This document shows positions 36,320 through 46,182 of a DNA stretch of 64,000 bases, in pieces. The notes beneath the pieces are model-generated. The model saw only the letters and a program-made list of their open reading frames with translations, made no database searches and had not been told where the DNA came from. Each line of letters starts with the position of its first letter. Within the stretch, counting starts at the first letter, position 1. The translations under genes and the position numbers were made by a program. Origin of the DNA: Coprothermobacterota bacterium (GTDB taxonomy: Bacteria > Coprothermobacterota > HKB111); the NCBI GenBank assembly GCA_037446255.1, contig JBBIIY010000005.1, forward strand, positions 2,859-66,858. Reading direction: 5' to 3'.

Positions 36320-38078
36320 CAGACTCCTCCTCCCTGAAGGCTTTATCTCTTTCCCGCTTCAATAATTCCGGTGATAATCCACAATTAATCATCTCCCAGG
36401 GTAACGGTCCTTCTTTTTCTTCCAGGTAATACAAAGGGTTTATCTCTTCTTCCGTAAATGCCTGTTGATAATGATTTATTTTAAGATGTTCTTCCCAACC
36501 ATCAAACCGCGCCCCTTTCTGAAAAGCACTGAGTATCACCCTGTGTAATTTCCTATCACCCCGACCAAATACTCCTTCCAGGAAACTCATAAGTGGGTTA
36601 TGCTCCCGCAAAGTAAAAAGAGGCTCACGAAGCTGGCTTTTTAAATATCCAATTTTTTCGTAACAATCTTTAATTAATAGTTGTTTCTCTCTTTCAAAGG
36701 GAGTATGAGGTTTGGGAACAAAGGGTGAAACGGTGATATTAAAGTGAAAAGGCCGCTTACTGGTGCGATAGGTATTAGCTGTTTTATGAAGTTCTTTTAC
36801 CAAGGGCACAATAGCCTGCACATCCTCTTCTCTTTCAGTAGGAAGACCTATCATAAAATAAAGTTTTAATAAATCCATTCCCTGCTTGGCAGTTTCTTTT
36901 ACAGTATCAAATATTTCTTCTTCCGGTAGGTTTTTATTAATCACTTTTCTTAAGCGTTCGGTGGCTGCCTCTGGAGCAAAGGTCAGGTTGGTCCTTCGCC
37001 TATCGCTTATGCAGGCTAATTCAACCGAGGAAGCTCTCATGCTGAGAGATGGCAGGGATAAGGTAAGCTTATCACCATAAGTCTTTTTCATAAATAAAAT
37101 TAATTCTTTCAGGTAAGGATAATCGCTGGAATTAAAGGAGGTCAAGCCTAAGGTGTCAAAGCCTGTATTTTCAATAATTCTGCAGGATTGTTCTTTCAGG
37201 AGCGGAAGACTTCTAAACCTTACCGGTCTAAAAAGGTAACCTGCCAAACAGAATCTACAACCCCTCCAGCAACCGCGGAATAGTTCCACTACTGCCCTGT
37301 CATGAATCGGAGCTTTGAAAGGAACCATCTGTCTCAGAGGATAATAAGCGCATTCCAGGTCTTTGATGATTCTTCTATTGATAATTCTGGGAATACACGC
37401 GTATTCTTTAACAGGTTCTAATCCCAGAAAAACACCTTCCTGGTTAAATATTTCTTCATAAAGAGATGGTACATAAACACCCCCTATACTGCATAGCTCC
37501 AATAGAATGTCCTTCCGTGAAGCTTGCTTTAATTTAAGCTCGGCAATTTTATTCAGAATCTCCAGCAAGCCCTCTTCAGCTTCACCTACGAAAAACAGGT
37601 CAAAGAAGGGAGCCATAGTCTCGGCATAGGAAGCAACCGGTCCCCCACCAATTATAAGCGGGTCATTTTCGCCTCGGTCTTTTTGAAATATAGGTATTCC
37701 ACCTAAATCCAGGATGTTCAACACATTGGTGAAAGTTAATTCGTACTGCAGGGAGAAGCCAATAATATCAAATTTATTTAAAGGTTTCCTGCTTTCCAGA
37801 GAAAACAGGGGAATTTTCTCCTTTCTCAATATTTCTTCCATATCAAAATAAGGAGCATAAGACCTTTCCATAAAATAAGGGGTGGTTTCGTTGATTAAAT
37901 AATAAAGTAGAAGATGGCCAGAATTACCCATCCCGATTTCGTACAAATCGGGATAAATCATAGCCATTCTAACTGGAGCCGTCTCCCAGTTTTTTTTAAT
38001 ACTATTGAATTCTCCACCTGTATAGCGTGAAGGACTGGAAACACGGTTTAAAAAATGTTCAATGTTAACTATATCCAA
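36294..38078 (-). CDS. TIGR03960-type B12-binding-domain radical SAM protein
   Basis: 594 aa. RGCWRGCRFCLAG cluster motif and an N-terminal B12-binding-like region. Conserved pairing with the DUF2344 gene. Confidence 0.8.
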   Translation of the reverse strand: MDIVNIEHFLNRVSSPSRYTGGEFNSIKKNWETAPVRMAMIYPDLYEIGMGNSGHLLLYYLINETTPYFMERSYAPYFDMEEILRKEKIPLFSLESRKPLNKFDIIGFSLQYELTFTNVLNILDLGGIPIFQKDRGENDPLIIGGGPVASYAETMAPFFDLFFVGEAEEGLLEILNKIAELKLKQASRKDILLELCSIGGVYVPSLYEEIFNQEGVFLGLEPVKEYACIPRIINRRIIKDLECAYYPLRQMVPFKAPIHDRAVVELFRGCWRGCRFCLAGYLFRPVRFRSLPLLKEQSCRIIENTGFDTLGLTSFNSSDYPYLKELILFMKKTYGDKLTLSLPSLSMRASSVELACISDRRRTNLTFAPEAATERLRKVINKNLPEEEIFDTVKETAKQGMDLLKLYFMIGLPTEREEDVQAIVPLVKELHKTANTYRTSKRPFHFNITVSPFVPKPHTPFEREKQLLIKDCYEKIGYLKSQLREPLFTLREHNPLMSFLEGVFGRGDRKLHRVILSAFQKGARFDGWEEHLKINHYQQAFTEEEINPLYYLEEKEGPLPWEMINCGLSPELLKRERDKAFREEESDASLFTDI

Positions 38079-38317
38079 TGGTTAATCCTGTGTTGAATTT
38101 ATCAGATTTTTTCATTTCAGTCAAGGAAAAGGGGGCAGGCTACTTTTCCTCATTCCCTTCCCCTATTATCCTCCAACCAAGCGATTTACTACCTTTAAAG
38201 TTTTATACCTATCTTTCCTGTTTACTCCCTAAAACTTCCTATAATTTCAATTATACTACTACTGCCCTTTATCCAGATGAATTTATGTCAAAGGAGAAAG
38301 TCCCCAAGAAGAATTCA

Positions 38318-38330
38318 GGAGACTGTCCCC
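38318..38330. repeat. family-2 palindromic motif variant (GGAGACTGTCCCC)
   Basis: Read directly. Confidence 0.5.
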
Positions 38331-38354
38331 AATCGTACCCAGGGAAAGGAAAAA

Positions 38355-38392
38355 CATTAGTCACCACGGATACTTTGTATCCTCGCGATGAC
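38355..38392 (+). repeat. family-1 hairpin repeat
   Basis: cattagtcaccacGGATACtttGTATCCtcgcgatgac has the same flanks-plus-hairpin layout as 9154-9192. Confidence 0.6.
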
Positions 38393-38452
38393 TGTGACAG
38401 TGTGTGATTGCCATTACTCCTTTTAAAAAGACTTGCACTAACATATGAAATA

Positions 38453-38482
38453 CCGAGACGCTGAATCAGCGTCCAGAATAAC
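38453..38482 (+). repeat. family-3 hairpin repeat (GAGACGCTGAATCAGCGTCCAGAATAAC)
   Basis: Hairpin GACGCTG-aat-CAGCGTC. Related copy at 63677-63706. Confidence 0.6.
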
Positions 38483-38499
38483 AAAGAGGTAAAAAGACG

Positions 38500-38508
38500 T
38501 GTTATAAT
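38500..38508 (+). promoter_or_regulatory. candidate extended -10 promoter element (TGTTATAAT) for the pyr operon
   Basis: The TGnTATAAT match lies 65 nt upstream of the pyrB GTG start. The -35 element is weak. Confidence 0.3.
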
Positions 38509-38572
38509 ATTAAAATCCCGGACTTAAGGGCTTTACCACCCCTCCAAGTCGTCAAAGCAAGGGAGGTACGAT

Positions 38573-39499
38573 GTGATAAAAAAGTTAGTCAATCCTCTGG
38601 ATCTATCTATCCAGGAATATCAACATCTTTTTGAAACCGGAAAAAAAATCTACGAGTCCCCACAAAACTTCACCCAATTAGCAAATTCTAAAATTCTCGC
38701 CACTCTTTTCTACGAGCCAAGCACCCGAACCCGCATGAGTTTTGAATCCGCTATGTTCAGGCTGGGAGGAAAAGTACTGTCTATGGCAGATACCAGCGCC
38801 AGTTCTGTAGCCAAGGGAGAAAGCTTGGCTGACACCATAAAAACCATCAGTAATTATGTAGATATAATCGTTATTCGTCATCCCAAGGACGGTTCAGCCG
38901 AAGTAGCGGTCAAGTATTCTTCGGTACCGGTAATCAATGCTGGTGATGGTGCTCATCACCACCCCACGCAAACACTTACTGACTTATTCACCCTTTATAT
39001 GTACCGGGGTAAGGTAAGCAATAATTCCTTCGGTTTTTGTGGTGATTTGAAGTATGGGAGAACTGTTCACTCACTCATTACCACCTTAGCCAGGTATCCT
39101 GAGGTTAATTATTACCTGATATCCCCCGAAGAACTACAACTACCCCAGCATATTAAAAACTCGGTATTAGAAGTTAATCCTGAAGCTATCTTTCATGAAG
39201 CTTCCCAGATGGAAGAAGTTTTACCCAATCTTGATGTTCTCTACATGACCCGTATCCAACGGGAAAGATTCTTTAACGAAGATGACTATCTCAGGCTTAA
39301 AGACACCTTCATCCTTGATAAAAACAAGGTTAACCTGATGAAAAAAGATGCTCTAATTATGCATCCCCTTCCCAGGGTTTCTGAAATAACCTACGAGGTT
39401 GACGATGACCCCAGGGCGATTTATTTTGAACAGGCAAAACTCGGTATGTTTATCCGCATGGCTTTAATCAGCCTGATGTTAGGCTTGAATACCATCTAA
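38573..39499 (+). CDS. pyrB: aspartate carbamoyltransferase catalytic subunit
   Basis: STRTR, HPTQ and HPLPR motifs. GTG start after GGGAGG. Confidence 0.9.
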   Translation: MIKKLVNPLDLSIQEYQHLFETGKKIYESPQNFTQLANSKILATLFYEPSTRTRMSFESAMFRLGGKVLSMADTSASSVAKGESLADTIKTISNYVDIIVIRHPKDGSAEVAVKYSSVPVINAGDGAHHHPTQTLTDLFTLYMYRGKVSNNSFGFCGDLKYGRTVHSLITTLARYPEVNYYLISPEELQLPQHIKNSVLEVNPEAIFHEASQMEEVLPNLDVLYMTRIQRERFFNEDDYLRLKDTFILDKNKVNLMKKDALIMHPLPRVSEITYEVDDDPRAIYFEQAKLGMFIRMALISLMLGLNTI

Positions 39500-39516
39500 T
39501 AAAGGGAGATACTGAT

Positions 39517-39951
39517 ATGAGTGATAGCGAATTAAAGGTTGAAAAAATTACACGAGGTATAGTGATAGACCATATCAAAGCCGGTAACGGATTAAAAATT
39601 TTTAATAAATTGAATCTGGGAGAGTTAGGCAAAGCCATAGCTCTACTTATAAATGTTCCCAGCTCCAAGATGGGAAAAAAGGATATCATCAAAATTTCCG
39701 ATGTTCTGGATTTAGATTTAGCCGTGCTGGTTCTCATTGACCCGGATATAACTCTTGATTACATAGATGAGGGAAGGGTGATCAAGAAAATAAAACTGGA
39801 GCTGCCTAAAACCGTAAAAGGCTTATTGAAATGCCGTAACGCCCGTTGCATTACCTCTGCTGAATCTTATCTGGAATCTATATTTTACCTGACTGATAGT
39901 AGCAGTAGAACCTACTGTTGTCATTACTGTGACGAATTCCTCAAAGTATAA
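39517..39951 (+). CDS. pyrI: aspartate carbamoyltransferase regulatory subunit
   Basis: 144 aa. LKVEKI..G.VIDHI N-domain. Zn site CRNARC...CHYC. Confidence 0.85.
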   Translation: MSDSELKVEKITRGIVIDHIKAGNGLKIFNKLNLGELGKAIALLINVPSSKMGKKDIIKISDVLDLDLAVLVLIDPDITLDYIDEGRVIKKIKLELPKTVKGLLKCRNARCITSAESYLESIFYLTDSSSRTYCCHYCDEFLKV

Positions 39952-41158
39952 TTGGCATTTTAAAAACATATCGCTGGTAGACTCTTTCACTCAAGAGGAG
40001 GGTGGTTTATGGGTAGAAAATGGCATAATCACTGACAAGCCTTCAGCAAATAAGGATTACCAATTAGTTGATGGTAAAGGTTTATTGTTAATGCCTGCCT
40101 TTATTGATTTACATGCTCATTTTCGCGAACCTGGCTTTACCTATAAAGAAGATATGCTTTCAGGATGCAAAGCGGGTGCTAAAGGTGGATTCACTACCAT
40201 TTCCATTATGCCCAACACTTCTCCTGTTCTGGATAAACCTGAAATTATAAGTGCCCTTCAAAAAAAATATTTAGAATTGCTCCCTCTTGACATATTTTAT
40301 ACTTCTTCTATAACCCAGGGACAGGATGGTAAAGAAATTGTTGATTTTGACAATCTTGCCCCTTTTGTGTGGGCTTTTACTGATGATGGAAAGGGAGTAG
40401 ATAATCCCGAGGTTTTTCAACAAGCTCTGATAAGAGCCCGGGATATTAACCGAATTTTGCTTTTACATGAAGAAGTGAGCCTTTCCGAAATGCCTCTTTT
40501 TGCCAAAAACATCTGTCCCGAGCTATGGATGGTTAAAAGAGATCTGGAGATGAACCAAAACATAAAAGCAAGTCTCCATTTAACGCATTTATCCAATCCC
40601 CAGAGCATTAAAATGGTTGATGAAGCTCACAAGAAAAGCCAACCGGTAACCTGCGATGTCACGCCTCATCATCTCTGCTTGAATATGGAAAATTTTCCCT
40701 ATAAAGTTAACCCTCCCTTAGTAAATGAGTCCACCAGAAAGCATCTCCTGGAACTGGTAAGACAGGGTATGGTAAACGCTATTGCTACCGACCACGCTCC
40801 CCATTCAGATGAGGACAAAGAAAAGGGAGCACCGGGTATTAATAACCTTGAACTTACTTTTGCCACACTTAACAGTTTCCTGATTAAAAAGGGACAGATT
40901 ACCCTACCTAAATTATCCTTCCTGCTCTCCTTGGGTCCTGCGCGTATATTAGGGATAAGTTCCCAGGTAAGCCTTTTACGAAATGGTTTCCAGGCAGACC
41001 TGGTAATAATTGACCCCAACAGAAAGGCAACCGTGAACATTAATTCCTTTGTATCCAAATCTCACAACACACCTCTACTTGATTATCCTCTTTTTGGCTG
41101 GCCCTTGTTAACCTTAAAAAAAGGAAAGGTGGTTTATAATGGTGGGATTATTGATTGA
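39929..41158 (+). CDS. pyrC: dihydroorotase
   Basis: DLHAHFREPG, ...ATDHAPH and amidohydrolase fold motifs. The start overlaps the pyrI end. Confidence 0.85.
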   Translation: MTNSSKYNWHFKNISLVDSFTQEEGGLWVENGIITDKPSANKDYQLVDGKGLLLMPAFIDLHAHFREPGFTYKEDMLSGCKAGAKGGFTTISIMPNTSPVLDKPEIISALQKKYLELLPLDIFYTSSITQGQDGKEIVDFDNLAPFVWAFTDDGKGVDNPEVFQQALIRARDINRILLLHEEVSLSEMPLFAKNICPELWMVKRDLEMNQNIKASLHLTHLSNPQSIKMVDEAHKKSQPVTCDVTPHHLCLNMENFPYKVNPPLVNESTRKHLLELVRQGMVNAIATDHAPHSDEDKEKGAPGINNLELTFATLNSFLIKKGQITLPKLSFLLSLGPARILGISSQVSLLRNGFQADLVIIDPNRKATVNINSFVSKSHNTPLLDYPLFGWPLLTLKKGKVVYNGGIID

Positions 41159-42029
41159 TAAATTATATGAAACGGTAAAAAACCATAGCCCCCTATGTCT
41201 GGGATTAGACACTGATTTAAGCTATATCCCAGATTTTATCAAAACCATAAGTTCAAATCCTTCCGAGTCATTATTTATTTTTAACCGTATGCTGATTGAT
41301 TCTGCTAAAGAACTGGTGGGTGCGGTAAAAGTGCAAATAGCTTTTTACGAAGCCCAGGGGATAGAAGGATTAAAAGCCTATTCAGCCACCTTGAAATATT
41401 TAACTAAAAAAGGCATATTGAGTATTGCTGATATTAAACGCGGTGATGTCAGTGTTAGCGCAAAGCAATACGCCTTGGCACATTTTTCTGGTGATTTTGA
41501 AGCAGATTTTATCACCCTGAACCCTTATCTTGGCTTTGATAGCCTTCAGCCTTTTCTGGAAGTAATAGAAAAAAATAATAAAGGTGCTTTTATTCTGGTT
41601 AGAACCTCTAACCCTTCAGCCAGAGATATCCAGGATTTAGAAGTATCGGGTATTCCTCTTTACCAACATATAGGCAAACTGATCAGCGAGTGGGGCAAGG
41701 ACACAACTGGCATCAATGGTTATTCTTGCCTTGGGGCTGTCTTTGGAGCTACCTACCCGCTTCAACTAAAAGAGTTTAGAGAACTATATCCGGAAATGTT
41801 TCTGTTAGTGCCTGGCTATGGTGCTCAGGGAGCTAATAAAAAAGATATTATTTATGCCTTTAACCATGGGAATGGTGCAATTATCAATGTTTCCCGCTCA
41901 ATCATCACTTCCCTGAAAGATTGCCTGAATGAAAGAGAGTTTCAGGAAAAAGCTCATAAAATCATTAGAGAAACTTCAAAAGAAATAAAGACAGCTTCTT
42001 TTAAAAGTATAAACAGTGATGGTTTATAA
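41139..42029 (+). CDS. pyrF: orotidine-5'-phosphate decarboxylase (long, type 2)
   Basis: 296 aa. LCLGLDTD, ADIKRGD and LVPGYGAQG motifs. Confidence 0.85.
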   Translation: MVGLLIDKLYETVKNHSPLCLGLDTDLSYIPDFIKTISSNPSESLFIFNRMLIDSAKELVGAVKVQIAFYEAQGIEGLKAYSATLKYLTKKGILSIADIKRGDVSVSAKQYALAHFSGDFEADFITLNPYLGFDSLQPFLEVIEKNNKGAFILVRTSNPSARDIQDLEVSGIPLYQHIGKLISEWGKDTTGINGYSCLGAVFGATYPLQLKEFRELYPEMFLLVPGYGAQGANKKDIIYAFNHGNGAIINVSRSIITSLKDCLNEREFQEKAHKIIRETSKEIKTASFKSINSDGL

Positions 42030-42789
42030 AAAAGCAGGAATTTTAGATAACACCCGGGTTTACGAAAATATTTTTCATTTAACTCTTGATTTTTCAGGAA
42101 CAGCACTTCCGGGACAGTTTTACCTCATCAAGCTGCCCTTCCAGGAACCACTTTTGGCCCGTCCTTTTAGTGTTTTTGAATCAGGCGAGAGAAGTATAGG
42201 CTTTCTTTATCAAACTAAAGGGGTGGGAACAAATCTTCTTTCTACTATGGTAAAAGGAGAAATATTAACTCTTACCGGGCCTCTCGGAAATGGGTGGCAA
42301 CTACCTGAAAGTAAAAAGAGAATAGCCCTGGTTGGAGGGGGAATTGGCCTGGCTTCTTTAAATATGCTCACCCGGGAGATTCAGAGTAAAAATAATAGTG
42401 TATTTGACCTTTACCTCGGTTTTTCCAAAAAACCTTTTATGCTGGAAAGTTTTTCCAAAATCACCCATAAAGTAGTTATAAGTTCGGAAGAAAAAAATGA
42501 ATCTTTTTTACAGGGAAAAATTACTGAATTTATTAATCCAGCTAACTACGACACTATTTACGCCTGTGGCCCCAAACCTATGTTAAAGGCTCTTTACGCG
42601 ATGGTAATGAATGAAGGAAATAAATTTAATAAACTTATTGATTTATGGGTATCTTTGGAAGAAAAAATGGCCTGTGGGTTAGGTTCCTGCTGGGGATGCG
42701 TGGTCAGGGTAAGGGGTGAGTATAAAAGAGTTTGCCGTGATGGACCGATTTTTAATGCCAGGGAGGTTGACTGGGATGAGTACAGTTAA
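42016..42789 (+). CDS. pyrK: dihydroorotate dehydrogenase B electron-transfer subunit
   Basis: FAD/NAD-binding fold (RPFSV, GGGIGLA) and C-terminal 2Fe-2S cysteines MACGLGSCWGCV...C. Confidence 0.85.
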   Translation: MMVYKKAGILDNTRVYENIFHLTLDFSGTALPGQFYLIKLPFQEPLLARPFSVFESGERSIGFLYQTKGVGTNLLSTMVKGEILTLTGPLGNGWQLPESKKRIALVGGGIGLASLNMLTREIQSKNNSVFDLYLGFSKKPFMLESFSKITHKVVISSEEKNESFLQGKITEFINPANYDTIYACGPKPMLKALYAMVMNEGNKFNKLIDLWVSLEEKMACGLGSCWGCVVRVRGEYKRVCRDGPIFNAREVDWDEYS

Positions 42790-43705
42790 TTTAGAAGTTA
42801 GAATAGGGAATCTCTTTCTAAAAAACCCTCTCATTGCTGCCTCTGGTATTTATGGTCCTGATAGCTTTGAATTGATTCCACCCTCCCTGTTTGGAGCTGT
42901 TTGCACTAAAGCAGTAACCTTAAACCCCGTATCAGGGAATAAACCACCACGATTGTTTGAGGTTAAGGGTGGTCTCATAAACCGCATAGGTTTGCAAAAC
43001 CCGGGAGTTCATCAGTTTGTTAGGGAGATATACCCCCGGTTTGGCCAATACAACACACCGGTGATAATCAATGTGGCTGGTTTTACTATTAACGAATATC
43101 TCAAGGTTTTAGAAATCCTGGAAGATAAAATTAAAGATTCGGTAATCTATGAAATAAATATTTCCTGTCCTAATGTGGAAAAAGGTGGGATAGCTATTGC
43201 CCAGCACTTACCATCTTCAAGACGACTGCTCTCAAGGACGCGTGAAATAACCAACAAGCCTCTCTGGGTTAAACTCCCCCCTCAGAGTGACCTTGGCAAA
43301 CTCCTGAAAATATGTGAAGATACCATGATGGAAGCAGTGGTAATAGCCAATACCTACCGTGCCTTAACTATAGATAAAGAAACCGGTGAAATTTACACAG
43401 GCGGTCTTTCTGGACCAGCTATCAAGCATTTAACCCTGAACCTGGTTAATCAAGCCAGGCAGTTAACCCCCCTACCTATAATCGGTTGTGGGGGAGTTAG
43501 TGATTTAGAAGGTCTAATGCAGTACCTCAAGCTGGGAGCCAGAGCGGTACAAATTGGCACTTCTTTGCTTGGTAACCCCGATACACCAGCAACGATAATT
43601 AGCGAATTAACCAGTTTTCTAAATAGTAAAAACCTTGACAATCTTGACGATTATCTTCACCCACCGGGTTCTTGTAAAACTATATATAACCGGGGAAGGG
43701 TGTAG
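42776..43705 (+). CDS. pyrD: dihydroorotate dehydrogenase B catalytic subunit
   Basis: I chose the ATG at 42776 (MSTVNLEV..., RBS GGAGG upstream) over the track start at 42716. Motifs NPLIAASG, NISCPN and GGVS...GA.AVQIGT. Confidence 0.9.
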   Translation: MSTVNLEVRIGNLFLKNPLIAASGIYGPDSFELIPPSLFGAVCTKAVTLNPVSGNKPPRLFEVKGGLINRIGLQNPGVHQFVREIYPRFGQYNTPVIINVAGFTINEYLKVLEILEDKIKDSVIYEINISCPNVEKGGIAIAQHLPSSRRLLSRTREITNKPLWVKLPPQSDLGKLLKICEDTMMEAVVIANTYRALTIDKETGEIYTGGLSGPAIKHLTLNLVNQARQLTPLPIIGCGGVSDLEGLMQYLKLGARAVQIGTSLLGNPDTPATIISELTSFLNSKNLDNLDDYLHPPGSCKTIYNRGRV

Positions 43706-43843
43706 GGAATCTTCGCTTGGGTAAACAAAAAACATTAAAATAATAGGCTTCAATAGATACGGTAACCTGAAAGATAAAGGCATTACCAATGATGAAAATT
43801 CTTGATAATTGGGTTTAGACCTGATTTATCAAAGGAGGAATAT

Positions 43844-44419
43844 ATGACAGAAAAAAATATTGGTTTCTTATCCACGATGAAAAAATGTCAGGCTGTGCTG
43901 GAAGGCCATTTCCTGCTTTCCTCAGGGCTTCACAGTAATAAATATTTTCAATGCGCTCAACTTTTTCAATATCCCGAGGAATCAGCCAAACTTATGAAAG
44001 AACTGGCTTTAAAGATAACTGAACCGGTAGATGTGGTGATTGGACCAGCATTGGGTGGTATTGTTATGGCTTTTGAGTTAGCCCGTCTATTGCAATCCCG
44101 GGCAATCTTTACCGAGAGAGAAGGATTGGAAATGAAATTGAGAAGAAACTTTCATATAAATCAGGGAGAGAGTGTTCTGGTTGCCGAAGATGTGGTTACC
44201 ACAGGAAAATCCACTTTGGAAGTTATAAACATCGTAGAGAAGCTTGGAGGGGATATCAAAGGAATCGCCTGTGTTATAGATCGGAGAAACCCTGAAATAG
44301 AACTACCTTTTCCGGTTTATTCATTAATTAAATTAGAAGTAGAAACCTTTAAACCTGATGAATGCCCTTTATGCCAACAGGGAAGTTTGGCTATTAAACC
44401 AGGTAGCCGTGGGGTTTAA
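43844..44419 (+). CDS. pyrE: orotate phosphoribosyltransferase
   Basis: I chose the ATG at 43844 (after AAGGAGG) over the track start at 43802. PRTase motif VLVAEDVVTTGKS. Confidence 0.85.
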   Translation: MTEKNIGFLSTMKKCQAVLEGHFLLSSGLHSNKYFQCAQLFQYPEESAKLMKELALKITEPVDVVIGPALGGIVMAFELARLLQSRAIFTEREGLEMKLRRNFHINQGESVLVAEDVVTTGKSTLEVINIVEKLGGDIKGIACVIDRRNPEIELPFPVYSLIKLEVETFKPDECPLCQQGSLAIKPGSRGV

Positions 44420-44490
44420 TCTTGGAGACTGGTTATTATTTATAATCTAAATTTGTGATATTGCAAAACCTTGGCCCAAAAGGAAATATT

Positions 44491-45759
44491 TTATTTCCAG
44501 AAAACCCAGATTACTATAGAGCCAACGATAACTGCTGACAGGGTAAAGGGAAGACCATATTTCATAAACTCCCAAATGTTCACCTGATACCCCTCTTTCC
44601 TCAATATTCCTATTCCAGCAATATTAGCAGAAGCTCCTATGGGAGTAATATTACCACCTAAAGTGGCTCCCGATAAAAGACCAAAGTACAACAGGTAGGG
44701 TTCTATCCCTAATAATGCTGATATTCCCTGGACCACCGGTAACATAGTAGCCACATAAGGAATGTTATCTATGAAGGCAGAAAAGAAGACCGAAGCCCAA
44801 ACGACCAGGTTAAATGTCATGAAAAGGTTTTTTCCTCCCACTTTTACAAATAACTGGCTTATGTCTTTTACAATACCCATTTCCACAATTCCCCCTATAA
44901 CCATAAATAACCCCAAAAGTAAAAGAAGAGTAAAGTAATCAATTTCTCGCAAAACTCTTTTAAAAATGTTTCCATCCTTTTTAAGCAGGTATTCACGGAT
45001 TACCCCTATGGTAAAAAGGGTAACACATACCAGTCCATTGGTAACCTGTGGTTTATTGGGAATGAAGGAGACCAGGATTAATAACAAAATCATGCTTAAA
45101 ATCAAATAAGTAGGAAAAATATCTTCTACCTTTTCTTTTTCATGTAGATGAATTGGTCGGGTTTCTTTTCTAAATAGATAAAGAAGAACAAAAGCGGAAG
45201 CAATAGCTCCCAACTCCACTGCCCAGAAAATACCGGGTTTACCATGTAGAAAAATAAAGTCAATAAAGCTCATATTGGCATAACCTCCAAGCATTATGGA
45301 GGTGGCATCACCCACCAAGGTGGCGGCTCCCTGAAGGTTGGAAGATATGGCGATGGAAATGATTATGGGTGAAGGATTTATCTTGAGTTTACGGGAAAAG
45401 GACAGTGCTACCGGGGCTACTATCAACAGTGTGGACACATTATCTATAAAAGCTGATATAGCTCCCGCAAACAGTGCCAGGGAGGTGATTACCCATTTCA
45501 TATTGGGCATTCTGTCTATCAGGATATCACTTAAATAGGCAGGCATTTTTGATTCTATAAACAGGGTAGCAATACCCATAGTACCCGCAATCATCAACAA
45601 CACATTCCAGTCTACAGCTTGAAATATTTGGTCATAGGGAAGTATCCCCAGAAGAATAAATAAAGATGCTGAAAGAAGCGCAATGTGAGGTCTTTTCCTG
45701 GGGAATATTAAAAGCATTATATAAGTGACAATAAATATTATTAAAGCAATGTTTTTCAT
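44491..45759 (-). CDS. ArsB/NhaD (SLC13-like) superfamily anion/cation permease
   Basis: 422 aa and polytopic. The pattern (...AFIDNVSTLLI... repeated as ...AFIDNIPYVA...) is typical of this inverted-repeat permease family. Confidence 0.65.
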   Translation of the reverse strand: MKNIALIIFIVTYIMLLIFPRKRPHIALLSASLFILLGILPYDQIFQAVDWNVLLMIAGTMGIATLFIESKMPAYLSDILIDRMPNMKWVITSLALFAGAISAFIDNVSTLLIVAPVALSFSRKLKINPSPIIISIAISSNLQGAATLVGDATSIMLGGYANMSFIDFIFLHGKPGIFWAVELGAIASAFVLLYLFRKETRPIHLHEKEKVEDIFPTYLILSMILLLILVSFIPNKPQVTNGLVCVTLFTIGVIREYLLKKDGNIFKRVLREIDYFTLLLLLGLFMVIGGIVEMGIVKDISQLFVKVGGKNLFMTFNLVVWASVFFSAFIDNIPYVATMLPVVQGISALLGIEPYLLYFGLLSGATLGGNITPIGASANIAGIGILRKEGYQVNIWEFMKYGLPFTLSAVIVGSIVIWVFWK

Positions 45760-45857
45760 TAATACTCCTTATGGTGTATATATAAATATATTTGTAAACG
45801 GATTATAACACCTATATTTTACATAAGATAATATCATAATATCAGCCTTATAACCTT

Positions 45858-46113
45858 GGGGATTGCCTCTTTTTGTTCCTACGAGAGCTTGCAAGACTTG
45901 TTTTGATCTCATGTTTTATAGCCTTAAAAGATAAGTTTGCTTCGTTTTGCTCGCAAATTAAGGAGGAGGGATGAGACTTCCACGCCTGCCAAAGGCAGGC
46001 TCGCCGAGACAAAAAAAATCATCACGAAGACCAGAAGGGTTTGTGGCAATCTCCTGGTCTCCCTTCTCATCATCGCATTTATAACTCCAGGGACGGCCTC
46101 ACTGTCCCCTTTT
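45858..46113. repeat. mosaic of family-1/family-2 short repeats filling the spacer
   Basis: Components: ggggattgcctc...gcaagac (45858-45897); gtttgcttcgttttgctcgcaaat; hairpin GCCTGCCaaaGGCAGGC; cgaagaccagaagggtttgtggcaatctcc (46025-46054); gggacggcctcactgtcccctttt (46090-46113). Confidence 0.7.
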
Positions 46114-46182
46114 ACCCTTTTAATAAAATTGGAAATATTTATTTATATATTTATTACTATAATTCTACCTGTCAATGTAATT

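Noticed and set aside
38078-38407. ORFs inside repeat-rich spacers (38078-38407, 38269-38484, 21725-21922, 45937-46188, 46041-46223, 7659-7871)
   Set aside because: They are made up largely of the dispersed repeat modules, lack RBSs, and have no recognisable motifs. I treat them as non-coding.
38453-38482. A PyrR-binding attenuator in the pyr leader (GTCCAGAATAACAAAGAGG)
   Set aside because: The match to the PyrR loop consensus UCCAGAGAGG is poor. The string belongs to a repeat that also occurs at 63677, where there is no pyr gene. There is no pyrR gene in the window.
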